From IMG/VR virus record IMGVR_UViG_3300050132_000403, positions 1 to 54,688 of that record: a stretch of DNA of 54,688 nt. One strand, 5' to 3'. Source of the stretch: a virus (Duplodnaviria > Caudoviricetes). A model generated the notes under the pieces. The model was given only the letters and a program-made list of their open reading frames with translations, ran no database searches and had not been told where the DNA came from. Of the stretch, positions 17,902 through 28,570 are shown piece after piece (within the stretch, counting starts at the first letter, position 1; the number at the start of each line of letters is the position of its first letter). Both the position numbers and the translations under genes were made by a program.

Positions 17902-19242
17902 TTATCCGAATAATTCTTTTGTTCTCGCTGCGTCAAAAAATCTGCTGTTACGAAGTGAGGAACAGATAGTCCAAGGTTCACTTGGTGCAAAATGTTTCCT
18001 AAACTTATCTGCATATATTCTTACTACCCCCTCTTCTCGCTCGTCGTCCGAAGAATTTAAAGTCAAAAATGCTGAAAATCCGTTAAGAATTGCCTTAAAT
18101 TCCGCAATATGGTGCCTTGTTAATACTTTTGCAGGATTATTATAAAAGTCAGGAGCTATGTCATTTGCCTGGACCGCCGTAGCTACACCGCAGTGAAATT
18201 CGGTTGAAATATTTACTATCTTGTTTCCTAAATCCGCCCTCCGTCTTCTCTCTGACCCATCATCTTTACCATAACTTCCTTTAACTGTAAATATTTCTAA
18301 ATAATCAAATATAACAAGGTCAATTTTACCATAAATAGACTCAATATCAACCAAGACATCCCGACATTCCTGCATTGTCATCTGGTCAAATTGCTCTTTT
18401 GCATATGTAAATATTTCTCCACCTCCAACTAATACATCTCGTTGGAATTTTTCTATACCCTTTCTTTTTGACTCAGGTAATACCCCAAGTTCTATATCTT
18501 CAAGATCAATAGATGTCCAGGCAGAATCATATAATTCTTTTACTTCTTTTTTGGTTCCTTCTGCCTGAAAATGAACTACTTTTTTACCAAGTCTTGCATT
18601 TGCAAGTCCTATCCATTTTAAATAAGTTGATTTACCACCCCCTGACCTTGCTAAGATACAAATTGCAGTCCCATATTCAAAACCACCTCTTGTGGCATCG
18701 TCTATCCCAGGTATCCCGTAAGTACATTTTTCTGTTAAAACACTGTGATCTGCATTTTTTGACCTTTCTTGGTGGCGAGTTTCAAAATCATGGAAGATAC
18801 GGTCATAATATGTTTCTTTGAGTGAGAACTCATTTATTGAAGTGGATTCTTGTGCTAATAGTTGGTAGGCTTCATCATGTTTACCTAAATTGAATAATTC
18901 TCCTAATGATGAGTAAAGTATTCGGAATTTTTTTTCTTTTATAAAATCTTGAAGTGAAGTAAGAAGATGTTCATGGTTGGTTTCTCTTACTTTTTTAATT
19001 TGGGAGAGGAGGGAAATGAATTTTTCATCTTTGGCAAAGGTTTGAGAAAGTATACCAAAAGTTGGTAAAACAGAACTATCCAGATCATTGAGTTCAAAAA
19101 CATATCGAAAAAACTTTTTCTGAGTTTCATTTTCAAGATATTGGTATTTTAGATGGGATTTACAAATCTCCAGTATTTTTTGAGATTGTAAACAGGACTT
19201 GGAAAGTTCAAGAACGAAGTCTTGTGTTAGAGTATTAGCCAA
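17902..19242 (-). CDS. Replicative DnaB-like helicase
   Basis: GIPGIDD...GG, Walker A ARSGGGKS, Walker B LVIFDYLE, TAVQAN, DKFR. Confidence 0.88.
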   Translation of the reverse strand: MANTLTQDFVLELSKSCLQSQKILEICKSHLKYQYLENETQKKFFRYVFELNDLDSSVLPTFGILSQTFAKDEKFISLLSQIKKVRETNHEHLLTSLQDFIKEKKFRILYSSLGELFNLGKHDEAYQLLAQESTSINEFSLKETYYDRIFHDFETRHQERSKNADHSVLTEKCTYGIPGIDDATRGGFEYGTAICILARSGGGKSTYLKWIGLANARLGKKVVHFQAEGTKKEVKELYDSAWTSIDLEDIELGVLPESKRKGIEKFQRDVLVGGGEIFTYAKEQFDQMTMQECRDVLVDIESIYGKIDLVIFDYLEIFTVKGSYGKDDGSERRRRADLGNKIVNISTEFHCGVATAVQANDIAPDFYNNPAKVLTRHHIAEFKAILNGFSAFLTLNSSDDEREEGVVRIYADKFRKHFAPSEPWTICSSLRNSRFFDAARTKELFG

Positions 19243-19254
19243 TTTTTACGATTT

Positions 19255-19719
19255 TTATTTTAATAAGTTTTCTAGTACCTTGTACATCATAGACCTTAGT
19301 GCCTTTAATAAATTAAAGTCACTGAGTTTGTTATTATGTAGTTTCGGTGCAATCTTTATAGTATTTACAGAATAATTTTCTTTCTTTTTATATATATACT
19401 TTTCAATATATATAAGTCCTGCATATTTTGGTACCTCTTCTTTTTTTATTAGATCACGTTCACATACGAAGTAAAAGTAATTAGGTATTAATTTACCCTT
19501 TTCAATTAAATCATGCTTTTGCTTCTTATGTACAAATTCAGACAGATAATCAGTTTTTGAGCGTTTTATCTCATATTCAGATACATAATTTGCCTTTGTA
19601 ATTCCTAAAAAGTCGGCCTCGAATCTAAAGCAGTAACTATTTAGAATAAAGTATTTTACACCTTTAACTCTTAAATCATGATATAGTGCGTGTTGTAATT
19701 CTTTAACAGATAGTGACAA
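19255..19719 (-). CDS. PD-(D/E)XK nuclease, MmcB-like
   Basis: EADFLGIT...EYEIKRSKTDY..E..K; PNYFYFV; EVPKYAGLI. Confidence 0.7.
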   Translation of the reverse strand: MSLSVKELQHALYHDLRVKGVKYFILNSYCFRFEADFLGITKANYVSEYEIKRSKTDYLSEFVHKKQKHDLIEKGKLIPNYFYFVCERDLIKKEEVPKYAGLIYIEKYIYKKKENYSVNTIKIAPKLHNNKLSDFNLLKALRSMMYKVLENLLK

Positions 19720-19951
19720 GTTTGTTATCTTTAAATACTTTCAAAATCTCAAATTTTTTCTCATACCATTCAAGTGCAGTTCTAACCGCAAGGTCATACA
19801 TTTCACTTTCAAATGGTGAAACTGAAAATGATGATATATCTACATTTTTACGTTCTTTAATATACTTGATTATCAAATTCCCACCATCCTGCATTGAGAA
19901 CTGACCTGTAATTAACTTATTAAGTAGACTAATTATTTCTTCTCTCTTCAT
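19703..19951 (-). CDS. Hypothetical protein
   Basis: 82-aa ORF overlapping its neighbours. Confidence 0.6.
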   Translation of the reverse strand: MKREEIISLLNKLITGQFSMQDGGNLIIKYIKERKNVDISSFSVSPFESEMYDLAVRTALEWYEKKFEILKVFKDNKLVTIC

Positions 19952-20523
19952 TTATATCCTCTTTCTGTATAAATTTTTGGATAACTTGCCTTTAAAATAC
20001 TCTTACAATCGACTTTATATTTACACTTCATGCAAATCAAGTTATGGTGGTTATAAAGTGTTGTAAAGTTAAGGCAATCATTAAAACCTCTATCTGTTCC
20101 GTAGTGTAGTAATTTAATAGGGGTTTCATCAATTTCTTTTTTAGGACCTTCAAAAAGTTTTTTATAACCAACTTTTGAAATTCCATACTTTTCAAATATT
20201 TCAGATCTTTCAATTGCCCAATCAAAATCTTGATTTCTATCTCTATACCTTTTATATGCTTTAGGTCCTATAATATAACTTAACCCAATTCTTGATGAGA
20301 AAGTTGTCTTTATTTCAAGTTCACATTTGTCCCAGTAACTAAATTGGAATACAAAGTAATTAAATACCCAGTTATTACCTATGACTGTATTTTTGTTATC
20401 TTTCTTTACAGTACTTATAAACTTTTCTATTTGTTTAGTTGCACTCAGTGATGGTTTGAATATATACTTCTCATTTTTATAATACTGCTTGTAAAAGTAC
20501 TGGTAAGTAGGTATTATTTTCAT
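19948..20523 (-). CDS. Hypothetical protein with a C-terminal Cys cluster
   Basis: 191 aa; C...CMKC....C near the C-terminus. Confidence 0.65.
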   Translation of the reverse strand: MKIIPTYQYFYKQYYKNEKYIFKPSLSATKQIEKFISTVKKDNKNTVIGNNWVFNYFVFQFSYWDKCELEIKTTFSSRIGLSYIIGPKAYKRYRDRNQDFDWAIERSEIFEKYGISKVGYKKLFEGPKKEIDETPIKLLHYGTDRGFNDCLNFTTLYNHHNLICMKCKYKVDCKSILKASYPKIYTERGYK

Positions 20524-20565
20524 CTCTTAAAATTAATGAGAAGATAGTAATATAAAGAAAATATT

Positions 20566-21144
20566 TTACCAGTTTACAGAAAGCGTAAATTGTGCAGCTT
20601 TATCACTTGCATTGTAGGCATTAATTATATCTGCAACTGGTTGGCAACAAGAGTTATCATTGCAGTTAGAGTTATTTGTAGCGAAGTTTGGAACATTACT
20701 CTGATTTATTTTTCTAAGTATAAAAAGACCAAGAGATGCACCTGCTGCAAGTGGGGTCGAATAAACTAATGGGCTACTTGAGGTATAATCTGCAAAATCT
20801 GCATAGTAAGGTAATGAGGTATCAGAAGAAAGTCGTTCAAAATTTAAATTTCCACAACTATCTACAAAAGGTAGAACAACTGCAAGTTGAATATCAATAT
20901 ATGGATTTGTAGGTAAAATTGGATAAATTGTTATACCTGTTATTGTTGAACTTGTTATATTTGTTAATGCAAGTATTCGGATTACACTATAGTCATTATC
21001 TATATCACTTTTTGTAAGTGTACTATATAAATTATTTAGTTGACTATTAGGTACAATTGAAGAAGATATAAATCCTCCTAATGATTTTTCTGGTAATTTT
21101 TGAATTCCGAGTGGTTGGTCAGAACCTGTATAGAATAGTAGCAT
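20566..21144 (-). CDS. Putative virion structural protein
   Basis: Last gene of the tail module; PEKSLGGFISSS motif; Ser/Thr/Pro-rich. Confidence 0.55.
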   Translation of the reverse strand: MLLFYTGSDQPLGIQKLPEKSLGGFISSSIVPNSQLNNLYSTLTKSDIDNDYSVIRILALTNITSSTITGITIYPILPTNPYIDIQLAVVLPFVDSCGNLNFERLSSDTSLPYYADFADYTSSSPLVYSTPLAAGASLGLFILRKINQSNVPNFATNNSNCNDNSCCQPVADIINAYNASDKAAQFTLSVNW

Positions 21145-21146
21145 AA

Positions 21147-23534
21147 TTAGTAAAGTTTTTGTATATAGAGAGCTGTATAGTATGGAGGTCTATTTTCATG
21201 ACCATTAGATGGTGAAGTTGAATTAACTCCTATACCCATTTTCCCACTAGCGGAACTTGCTATTTCTATATATGCTTGAGCAGTTGTACCAGGACCTGAG
21301 GCAAATTCTGCAACTGTTAATAAGGGGGGTATTTCATCAGCTGTTAATACAACCTTTTTAGAACCACCCTGATTACCAACCATTGCATATTCTGGGTCAG
21401 TTGAGTCATAGTTAACAATAAATAAGTGCCTTAAATCATCTGTACCATTTCTACCATCAGAAATAGAATAACCATATAAGCCTTTAACATTTCCTAACCC
21501 CGAAGAATTAAAGGATGTAAGTGAATTAATTTTAGTTAAAAATTTAGTTTCAAATGGAACCCCAAGATCATAATTTTGATAACAATTCCAAAGTGAACCA
21601 TCATAAACACAATCAAATTCTATCCCTCCATCTATATTTTTCATCATATAGAGGTCACCTTGAGTAATAGTTTTTACAACTGAGGTCCCAAGTCCTGTTC
21701 CACCTACAATTTGAAGTGTATAACCACCTAAATTAAAAGATGTACAATTAAACTGGATACGGAATTCATTACCATTAATTGCCCCTGTTGAGTTTAACCT
21801 GATAACAGTATCAGCAGTTAAAGTTATATTACCAACAAGTTCAAGATAGTTTAAGTTTGTTCCTACAATTAAATCATAAAGATTTGTAGTAGGGTCAAAA
21901 GAATTAATTTTAGTTACCCCTATTAAGTCTCCTTTAAAAACTTTTTTTACAAAAGTTGAATAAGCATTAGGAGAAAGATTAACAGGAATAAAACCAGTAG
22001 TATCGCTTGCTGTATAAAGACTTACAACAGGGGAGGATATTAAATTATTAGAACCATCAAACTGATTTTCTGGATAATAACCATTAACCTGAGGAGTAGC
22101 TGTAACATTATTAGAAGGTATAGTATTGTACCCCGTATAGTCTTTTAAATTTTTATAAGCATATTTAATATTATACAAACAAGTTGAAAGGTACGCTAAT
22201 ACCTCACATTTTCCAAATGGTGTATTAATTGGGAAATTATAAACCTTTGTTTCACTTAATATATTATCTACCGCATTAGGAGTTAGTTTTATAGAAATTT
22301 CTTCAGAATCTGGTACAACTAATAATTGTTGGTTAATAATATTTACCGAATTTGCAGTACCTCCTGTGTAATAATTATCTATATTTAAAATATCTAGAAC
22401 TAAATTAATTGCGGAACCAGAAGTAGATGAACTAACTATACGGCTATATAAACCATTTGATGTATAGACTCTCCACCCATTAAATATACCACTTGGAACT
22501 GTTGTTATATCTCTATATTTACCTCCAACTATTGGGCCTGATATGGTTAACGTATTTGTATTAGTATTTATAGACCAATTTGAAGACCTTAATCCCCAAG
22601 ATATTTCAATCGTATTTTTATCTCCAGGTGAAAGTGCATTTGAATATTTTACTGCCTCAACTCCAATTAATGGATTAGCTGTTCTGTCAATATTGGTACA
22701 TAACTGTGAGCCTTTTGTATCCCAATGGTTAAGACGTTTATCTTGAATAGATAAGGTTGTCCCATCTGATTTTACTCTTGCAATATAAAAAGTTATATCT
22801 TGTGAGTAACCTGAGGTTGGTGGAGTATTTAGTGTTACTTCTGGTGAAAGATATGTTAGGCAACCATCATATTGAAAGATAAGTTTATTACCACTTGGTA
22901 CCGAAACTCCTGGTGTAAAGGTACCTATAATACCTAATTTTAACCCTGTTTCAACTTGAAAGGAAGTACCTGTTAATATACAGTTGTTATCATCAGTTAC
23001 TGATAATATTTCATATTCAGCCGTGTTTAGTGTACTATTAAGTAGAACTATTTTAGAACTGAAATTATTTTGTCCCCCCCTTAAAATTTTTGTAAATTCT
23101 CCACCTGTACCTGTTAAATTACCGGAAGCATCAATTGAGAAAGTACCTTTTTCTTGTCCTGAATATTGGTGAGAAACCCTTACCCAGTACCAACTATTAT
23201 CAGAAGGTATGGACAATTGTTGAGTTAAATTTTGATAAATAAATTGTCCCTGAGAATCAACTGCATAAAGCTGGTTAATATTAACAGTTTTAAGTGTTAC
23301 TGAACCTGAGACAAGATCTGATCCTTGGGAAACTAACCCATTTTGGAAAGTTATATCTCTATTATTTTTTATTAATCCAAATGATACTGAATTCTCAAGT
23401 ATATTTTTACGGAATCCTCCTGAATGTGCAAAACCAGTAGCGCTGTCTACACTTTCAAGATCTAAAAATTCTTTAAACCTTGTTAGTTCAATAGTTTCTA
23501 AAAATAAGTTTGGATTGAATTTAATTGCAGACAT
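21147..23534 (-). CDS. Baseplate/tail fibre protein with a C-terminal collar-like domain
   Basis: DGRNGTDDLRHLFIV...GGSKKVVLTADEIP...HENRPPYYTALYIQK. Confidence 0.75.
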   Translation of the reverse strand: MSAIKFNPNLFLETIELTRFKEFLDLESVDSATGFAHSGGFRKNILENSVSFGLIKNNRDITFQNGLVSQGSDLVSGSVTLKTVNINQLYAVDSQGQFIYQNLTQQLSIPSDNSWYWVRVSHQYSGQEKGTFSIDASGNLTGTGGEFTKILRGGQNNFSSKIVLLNSTLNTAEYEILSVTDDNNCILTGTSFQVETGLKLGIIGTFTPGVSVPSGNKLIFQYDGCLTYLSPEVTLNTPPTSGYSQDITFYIARVKSDGTTLSIQDKRLNHWDTKGSQLCTNIDRTANPLIGVEAVKYSNALSPGDKNTIEISWGLRSSNWSINTNTNTLTISGPIVGGKYRDITTVPSGIFNGWRVYTSNGLYSRIVSSSTSGSAINLVLDILNIDNYYTGGTANSVNIINQQLLVVPDSEEISIKLTPNAVDNILSETKVYNFPINTPFGKCEVLAYLSTCLYNIKYAYKNLKDYTGYNTIPSNNVTATPQVNGYYPENQFDGSNNLISSPVVSLYTASDTTGFIPVNLSPNAYSTFVKKVFKGDLIGVTKINSFDPTTNLYDLIVGTNLNYLELVGNITLTADTVIRLNSTGAINGNEFRIQFNCTSFNLGGYTLQIVGGTGLGTSVVKTITQGDLYMMKNIDGGIEFDCVYDGSLWNCYQNYDLGVPFETKFLTKINSLTSFNSSGLGNVKGLYGYSISDGRNGTDDLRHLFIVNYDSTDPEYAMVGNQGGSKKVVLTADEIPPLLTVAEFASGPGTTAQAYIEIASSASGKMGIGVNSTSPSNGHENRPPYYTALYIQKLY

Positions 23535-23567
23535 ATTTGTAAAAATAATTATTATTTAGTTTAGTTT

Positions 23568-24482
23568 TTAAACTACCTCTTTTATCTGTTGTGTGTAAAA
23601 ATATGAAGCATAATTTTGGTCTACATAACCATGGTTTTCATTGAAAGGTGACTTCTTTTTATACCTTAATTTATCAAAAAGAAAATCCTGACCTGTAACT
23701 CCTGCATTATGAAGAATACTGACTTCTTTTAATCTACTCATAGTATCAGTTGACATACAGAAATTCATTTTCTCACTAATTTTTACCTCATAATTAAAAT
23801 ACCAAGAATTATACAAAAATGACCACATTCCCGCTGTCCATTTTTGAATAGCATAATCATTCTCAAATTTTGGTACATAATTCTTTTCTTCAGTACAAAA
23901 ATATTTATAAAGACTTATACTATCAATTTCTACCTTTTCCCAAAAACCTGGAACTATATTTTTAACTATGTATTGGGCACCACCGGAATTTTGTTTGTTC
24001 TTAATAGGAATGGTTCTATCTATACCTACTATTCCACACATAGAGTTATATATATTTTCTCCTTTTGAAATTACATAATCATAATTTATATAACTATTTG
24101 TATCAGAAAAGTACCAAATATTATTCTCAAGTTCTGAAAAATCGGGAGGAGAGGTAAAAACTATATCACAATCATGGCAAAAAACTGTCTTATTATGTAA
24201 CTCAGGAAAAGAACTATAATGCTGTTTAATAATATTAAAATAAACAGAAGGAATATAACACTTATCAATCCTTGTATCTTTATAATAAAAGAACTTTAAA
24301 GAATATTTCTCTTCCAATTTTTTAAAAATCTCAATATTTTCAACTGAGGTAGTTTCATCAGAAAAATTATAGGCGACTAATATATCCATATCAGTAATAC
24401 CTACAGATAAAAAGTTTTTAATCATTACCTCAAGTTGCCAAGAGAAATAAACTGTCCTGGGTTGTACACAAATATACTTCAC
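23568..24482 (-). CDS. GT-A fold glycosyltransferase (resembles GT95/GT96 Hyp/Ser O-glycosyltransferases)
   Basis: YFSWQ, DxD motif HDCDIVF, SGGAQY, WTAGMW, ILHNAG. Confidence 0.6.
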   Translation of the reverse strand: MKYICVQPRTVYFSWQLEVMIKNFLSVGITDMDILVAYNFSDETTSVENIEIFKKLEEKYSLKFFYYKDTRIDKCYIPSVYFNIIKQHYSSFPELHNKTVFCHDCDIVFTSPPDFSELENNIWYFSDTNSYINYDYVISKGENIYNSMCGIVGIDRTIPIKNKQNSGGAQYIVKNIVPGFWEKVEIDSISLYKYFCTEEKNYVPKFENDYAIQKWTAGMWSFLYNSWYFNYEVKISEKMNFCMSTDTMSRLKEVSILHNAGVTGQDFLFDKLRYKKKSPFNENHGYVDQNYASYFYTQQIKEVV

Positions 24483-26932
24483 TATGTATTAATCTGTATT
24501 TGTATGTTATGACCTACAGCCACATTACTAGGTAATACTAAATTATAAGTACCTGCTGTTGTAATACCTGTATGACTGTCAACAACAAGTCCATCAACTA
24601 CTAAATCTAATTTGATAGTAATAGGTGGAGTATCTATTGTTACTCCAATTGTCTGAGCAATTATTGTTGAGTAGAATGATTGAGTATAATTACCATTACC
24701 TGGTGTTGGTAATGAGAATGTAGGTAACCCAGTACCGGATAATCCTGTTATGTCTGTGTTATAACTTACACTTAAAACAAAATTACCAGAAGGGGCTGCT
24801 GTAGTTGTACTTGTAGTTGTTGAAGTTGTAGTCGTGGTTGTAGTAGTTGTAGTTGTAGGTAATGGACAATCTGTTAAATCTGAAACTGGTGAAATATAAT
24901 CAGGATCTGATGAAGAGTTTGTCTTTGTACTACCGGTTGAGAGACCATTATCATTTCTTATCTCAACTAATGTACTATAAATTTTATATCCAGTATTTGA
25001 ACCACTCACTACTTCACAGGTTGCAGAACTTTCTTGACCAATCCAATGAGTTGAATATGACATACAAGCAGTTGGGTTTAAAGCAGGAGCAATGTAATCT
25101 GGATCTAGTGAAGAATTAGGTTTATTAACACCTGTTGGAATTTTTGTAACGCTGTTTATTTGTAACAACGTTGTAAAAGTTGAAGTACCTATATAATGGT
25201 TATGAGTATCTGAGGTAAAGGAACAACTGATACCCGACCCAATCCAAGAAAAAGTTGGAGAAACTGGAACAAAGGGTATAAGTGAACCTGTTAACAGGTT
25301 ATCTCCAATATTAGTTAGCTTAATATGTGAATTATAAGGTATTAAAAAATTCTTAATATAGTTCTCAAGATCTAATAATGGTTGTACTAAAAATTGGTAT
25401 TGTTGTTGAGATGAATAGGTAGGAAATAATTCTCCTGATACAAATCCATATTGGCGCCTGTTGTCCTTATAAATACAAGATATAAAATTATGTGTCTGTA
25501 CAAACCCTCTTGAATAATTTGTCTTTAGTGGGAGAAGCGTAATTGAATTTATATAACAATTTCCACTTCCTGAATAAATTATCTTTGGTACAACTGTAAC
25601 TGTCCCTACTCCAAATATAAGATTATTACCTGTGTTAATATTTGGAACAGAATTTGTATCAGAAGTTTTAGAAGAGTTGTAGACTATACATTTAATATGA
25701 AGATAAACATCTGATCTGAAATTTATATTTTGAAAAAAGAAGGAGGTAACAGAAGAAGTATTTTTAGCCGAAACAGAACTAACTACATTCCCTGAATAAT
25801 CATAACAATCTATACCAACCGAAAAATCGCTCCCTGTTGGTTTCTTTACATAAAAATCAAGTTCATAATCAAGATTCTCATTTATCTTAATACGGTTTGA
25901 AGTAGGTAAATTACCAATAGATCCCGCCCCTGCAATTTGAAATGTATCTATAGTTCCATCCACAATTTTTGTTACGGTTCCAACGGTTGGCCAATATGAT
26001 AGGTTAGTTATCTGTTCATTGGGTTCATAAATTTTATTTACATTTTCGTTTAGCGTGAGCCCTTGGTAAAGTGGTGAGGAGTTTCTGAGGTTCCATCCAA
26101 AGTGTTCTGTACGGAAAAGGTTGAAGAGGAACTCATCTGAAGATTCGTAGTCAAAGGTACGGAGTAACTCGCCGTTTACTGGTTTTGCAGTTTTAAAATT
26201 TAGGTCGGGAACTTTTTTATCAATTATTTTTATGGTACCTCTATTGTGAATTTGGTATAAATATTGGTTCATCAAAAGTAAGACATCCGAGTAGTTTGAA
26301 TTTTTTCCAACTGTTATACCTCTCCCCTCTAAGAATTCAGAAACTGCGGACAATGATGTGGAAAATTGGGAGATTTTACGGGCTAAAATTACGTAGTAGG
26401 CGAAGAATTTAGCTATTGATTTAAAAAATAAAATAAAATCATCGGGCGAATTTGCCTGGTTATATCTGTCAATGAAGCGAGCAACTATATCTTCATGGAA
26501 TAACTTTTCTACGACTGCGCAGTACCAATTAATTAGCTCCGTATCAAAACAATTGAAATAAGTAGAAAATACGCTATTTTTGAAATAAGGAGGGATTGGT
26601 AAAGATGTTGTTGTGTCTTGTATATCCACTTCAGATACTGAAAGTCCTGAAGGGTTAGGCCCGACTGCGGTATAATAAAACTCGGCAATGAATTCCGAAT
26701 ATTTCGTAATAGGAATTGCCTGAATATTTTGAAGGGTAAGAGGGATAACATCGCTAAAAATTACCCCACCGTTAAGACTATATTTGAAGGTACGCTCAAA
26801 ATAATTAGTTCCAGTTTCGCCCGCAGATGTGTCTGTATAACCAACAAGAGTTAACACTCCAATACTTGGGTTTTCAGTTTTTATAATTATTGTATCGCCT
26901 TCGGTTGAGACTACGTTACCTACTATCGCCAT
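24482..26932 (-). CDS. Baseplate/tail structural protein with tandem DPDY repeats and a poly-Thr linker
   Basis: 816 aa in the baseplate operon; two TG..K.NS..DPDYI.P......C repeats; a 22-residue Thr/Ser run. Confidence 0.65.
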   Translation of the reverse strand: MAIVGNVVSTEGDTIIIKTENPSIGVLTLVGYTDTSAGETGTNYFERTFKYSLNGGVIFSDVIPLTLQNIQAIPITKYSEFIAEFYYTAVGPNPSGLSVSEVDIQDTTTSLPIPPYFKNSVFSTYFNCFDTELINWYCAVVEKLFHEDIVARFIDRYNQANSPDDFILFFKSIAKFFAYYVILARKISQFSTSLSAVSEFLEGRGITVGKNSNYSDVLLLMNQYLYQIHNRGTIKIIDKKVPDLNFKTAKPVNGELLRTFDYESSDEFLFNLFRTEHFGWNLRNSSPLYQGLTLNENVNKIYEPNEQITNLSYWPTVGTVTKIVDGTIDTFQIAGAGSIGNLPTSNRIKINENLDYELDFYVKKPTGSDFSVGIDCYDYSGNVVSSVSAKNTSSVTSFFFQNINFRSDVYLHIKCIVYNSSKTSDTNSVPNINTGNNLIFGVGTVTVVPKIIYSGSGNCYINSITLLPLKTNYSRGFVQTHNFISCIYKDNRRQYGFVSGELFPTYSSQQQYQFLVQPLLDLENYIKNFLIPYNSHIKLTNIGDNLLTGSLIPFVPVSPTFSWIGSGISCSFTSDTHNHYIGTSTFTTLLQINSVTKIPTGVNKPNSSLDPDYIAPALNPTACMSYSTHWIGQESSATCEVVSGSNTGYKIYSTLVEIRNDNGLSTGSTKTNSSSDPDYISPVSDLTDCPLPTTTTTTTTTTTSTTTSTTTAAPSGNFVLSVSYNTDITGLSGTGLPTFSLPTPGNGNYTQSFYSTIIAQTIGVTIDTPPITIKLDLVVDGLVVDSHTGITTAGTYNLVLPSNVAVGHNIQIQINT
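24800..24856 (-). repeat. ACN-codon low-complexity tract encoding poly-Thr/Ser
   Basis: (gta/gtt)n on the plus strand, in frame in the 816-aa ORF. Confidence 0.9.
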
Positions 26933-27252
26933 TAATCTGTGTATAAGTTATATAATAAATCTCCTGCAGAATTTATGGTGTAGAATGAACCATCGCCTGA
27001 AGTTAATGTTTGAAATAATTGTCCTTCCTCGTCCAAAAACCAGTTTACGTTTCTGTTGTACTTTTTTAGTCCAAATACCAGGTCTGCTTGGTTTACAACT
27101 AGTTTGTCAAGTACAAAGTTTATGTCTGATAGGGTTGCAAAAAAGGTGTCTGGTAAACAGTTTTCATTTAAGAAATAGATATGTTGTAATTCTGCAGTTG
27201 AATTTTGGAAGTATGAATTCTTACTGTAGGTGGTTATTAATTTTTGTTGCAT
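26932..27252 (-). CDS. Hypothetical virion-associated protein
   Basis: 106 aa, coupled by 1-nt overlaps. Confidence 0.6.
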   Translation of the reverse strand: MQQKLITTYSKNSYFQNSTAELQHIYFLNENCLPDTFFATLSDINFVLDKLVVNQADLVFGLKKYNRNVNWFLDEEGQLFQTLTSGDGSFYTINSAGDLLYNLYTD

Positions 27253-28568
27253 TAGGCGGCGATTTGGGGGTTAAGTAGTTTGGCTTCACGGTTTTTACGT
27301 GTAGTTTCAAGCATTTTATTAATATGTTCAGTTTTTTCTTCAGGAGATTTTAAAGTCCAAGTTAATTTTTGTTTATCACTTGTCTTTTTCTTGTCTTCTT
27401 CTGTTCTAATTTTTACAGGGTAAAGTTCAGGATTCTGTTCTCTTAATAACTTATTTCTCTCTTTAGTTTCTTTTCTCTTTTTTAAAGTTTCTTCTTTTTG
27501 CTCAGGAGTTTTTGAAGTTTTAGTTAATGATATTTTCTTATACATTAACTCTTGTTCCCTCTTCCAAATTTCCATTAACTCAGGGTTACTTTCTCGTTCT
27601 AATTTTTTCTGTTCTGTCTTTTCTCTTTTAGCTTCAATTGCATTATTTTTTAGTACTTCTTTTTCTTGTTCAGTTAAAGAATTATAGTATTTTTTGTAGT
27701 TATTACTACACATTAACTTTATCTTATCTTTTTCTTCTGTAGTTCTATTACTTATTGTTTTCTTCCTAGATATTTGGATTTTTTTATATTGCTCAATTTT
27801 TTCTTCAATTGGTTTTAATTTACATGCTAATTTCATAGCTTCAGATTTTTGTTTTTTTGTTTTCTCCTTTACTTCAGGATCTTTATTTTTCCAAGTTTCC
27901 TTTCTCTTACTTTTAGTTTTTTCTTGTTCTTCTTTAGTACGTTTAGATTTAGTTAATTTTTCTTTTTCTAATCTTTTTTGTTCAGTTTCTGTAGTTTTAT
28001 TTTTTTGTATTTCTTTACATTTATTGGAAAATTCTAGTTTTTCTTCTTCAGTTTTACTTTTCCAACGAGAACTTATTTTTTCAGATATTTCTCTTTTCTC
28101 TTCTTCAGTCCTTAATGATTGAGAAAGTTTTATCTTATCTTTTCTCGCTTGTTTTTCTTCTTCACTTTTTAAAGAATTTGTTAATTTTATCTTTTTGTAT
28201 CTTTCCTCCTTAAATCCTGGTTTATTTAAAAATATAACTAAGTTTTCTCTTGATTCTTGAAAAGCTCTTGAAGATACTATATGAGTTCTATTAAATTTTT
28301 TATTTTTTAAACAACTACACATTATCCAAAATGCACAATTTATTTTATAATTTTCAGGATTAGCTCTAGTTAATAGCCAATGAACTAGAAAATGTTCTCT
28401 TCCAGTAAGATTTACTAAATTCTCTTTTTTATTTGAACCACCTAAACTTTTTAAAATTATATGGTGCCGTTCTAAGTAAATATAATCTGGATGGTTATAA
28501 GATAATTTTTTTCTATCAAGTTTTTTTGCTCGTTCAATTATTTGGTCATGTATTTTTTGATAATCCAT
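27252..28568 (-). CDS. Free-standing HNH homing endonuclease (MobE-like) with a long K/E-rich repeat tail
   Basis: LERHHIILKSLGGSNKKENLVNLTGREHFLVH; paralogue of 1942-3003. Confidence 0.85.
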   Translation of the reverse strand: MDYQKIHDQIIERAKKLDRKKLSYNHPDYIYLERHHIILKSLGGSNKKENLVNLTGREHFLVHWLLTRANPENYKINCAFWIMCSCLKNKKFNRTHIVSSRAFQESRENLVIFLNKPGFKEERYKKIKLTNSLKSEEEKQARKDKIKLSQSLRTEEEKREISEKISSRWKSKTEEEKLEFSNKCKEIQKNKTTETEQKRLEKEKLTKSKRTKEEQEKTKSKRKETWKNKDPEVKEKTKKQKSEAMKLACKLKPIEEKIEQYKKIQISRKKTISNRTTEEKDKIKLMCSNNYKKYYNSLTEQEKEVLKNNAIEAKREKTEQKKLERESNPELMEIWKREQELMYKKISLTKTSKTPEQKEETLKKRKETKERNKLLREQNPELYPVKIRTEEDKKKTSDKQKLTWTLKSPEEKTEHINKMLETTRKNREAKLLNPQIAA

Positions 28569-28570
28569 TT

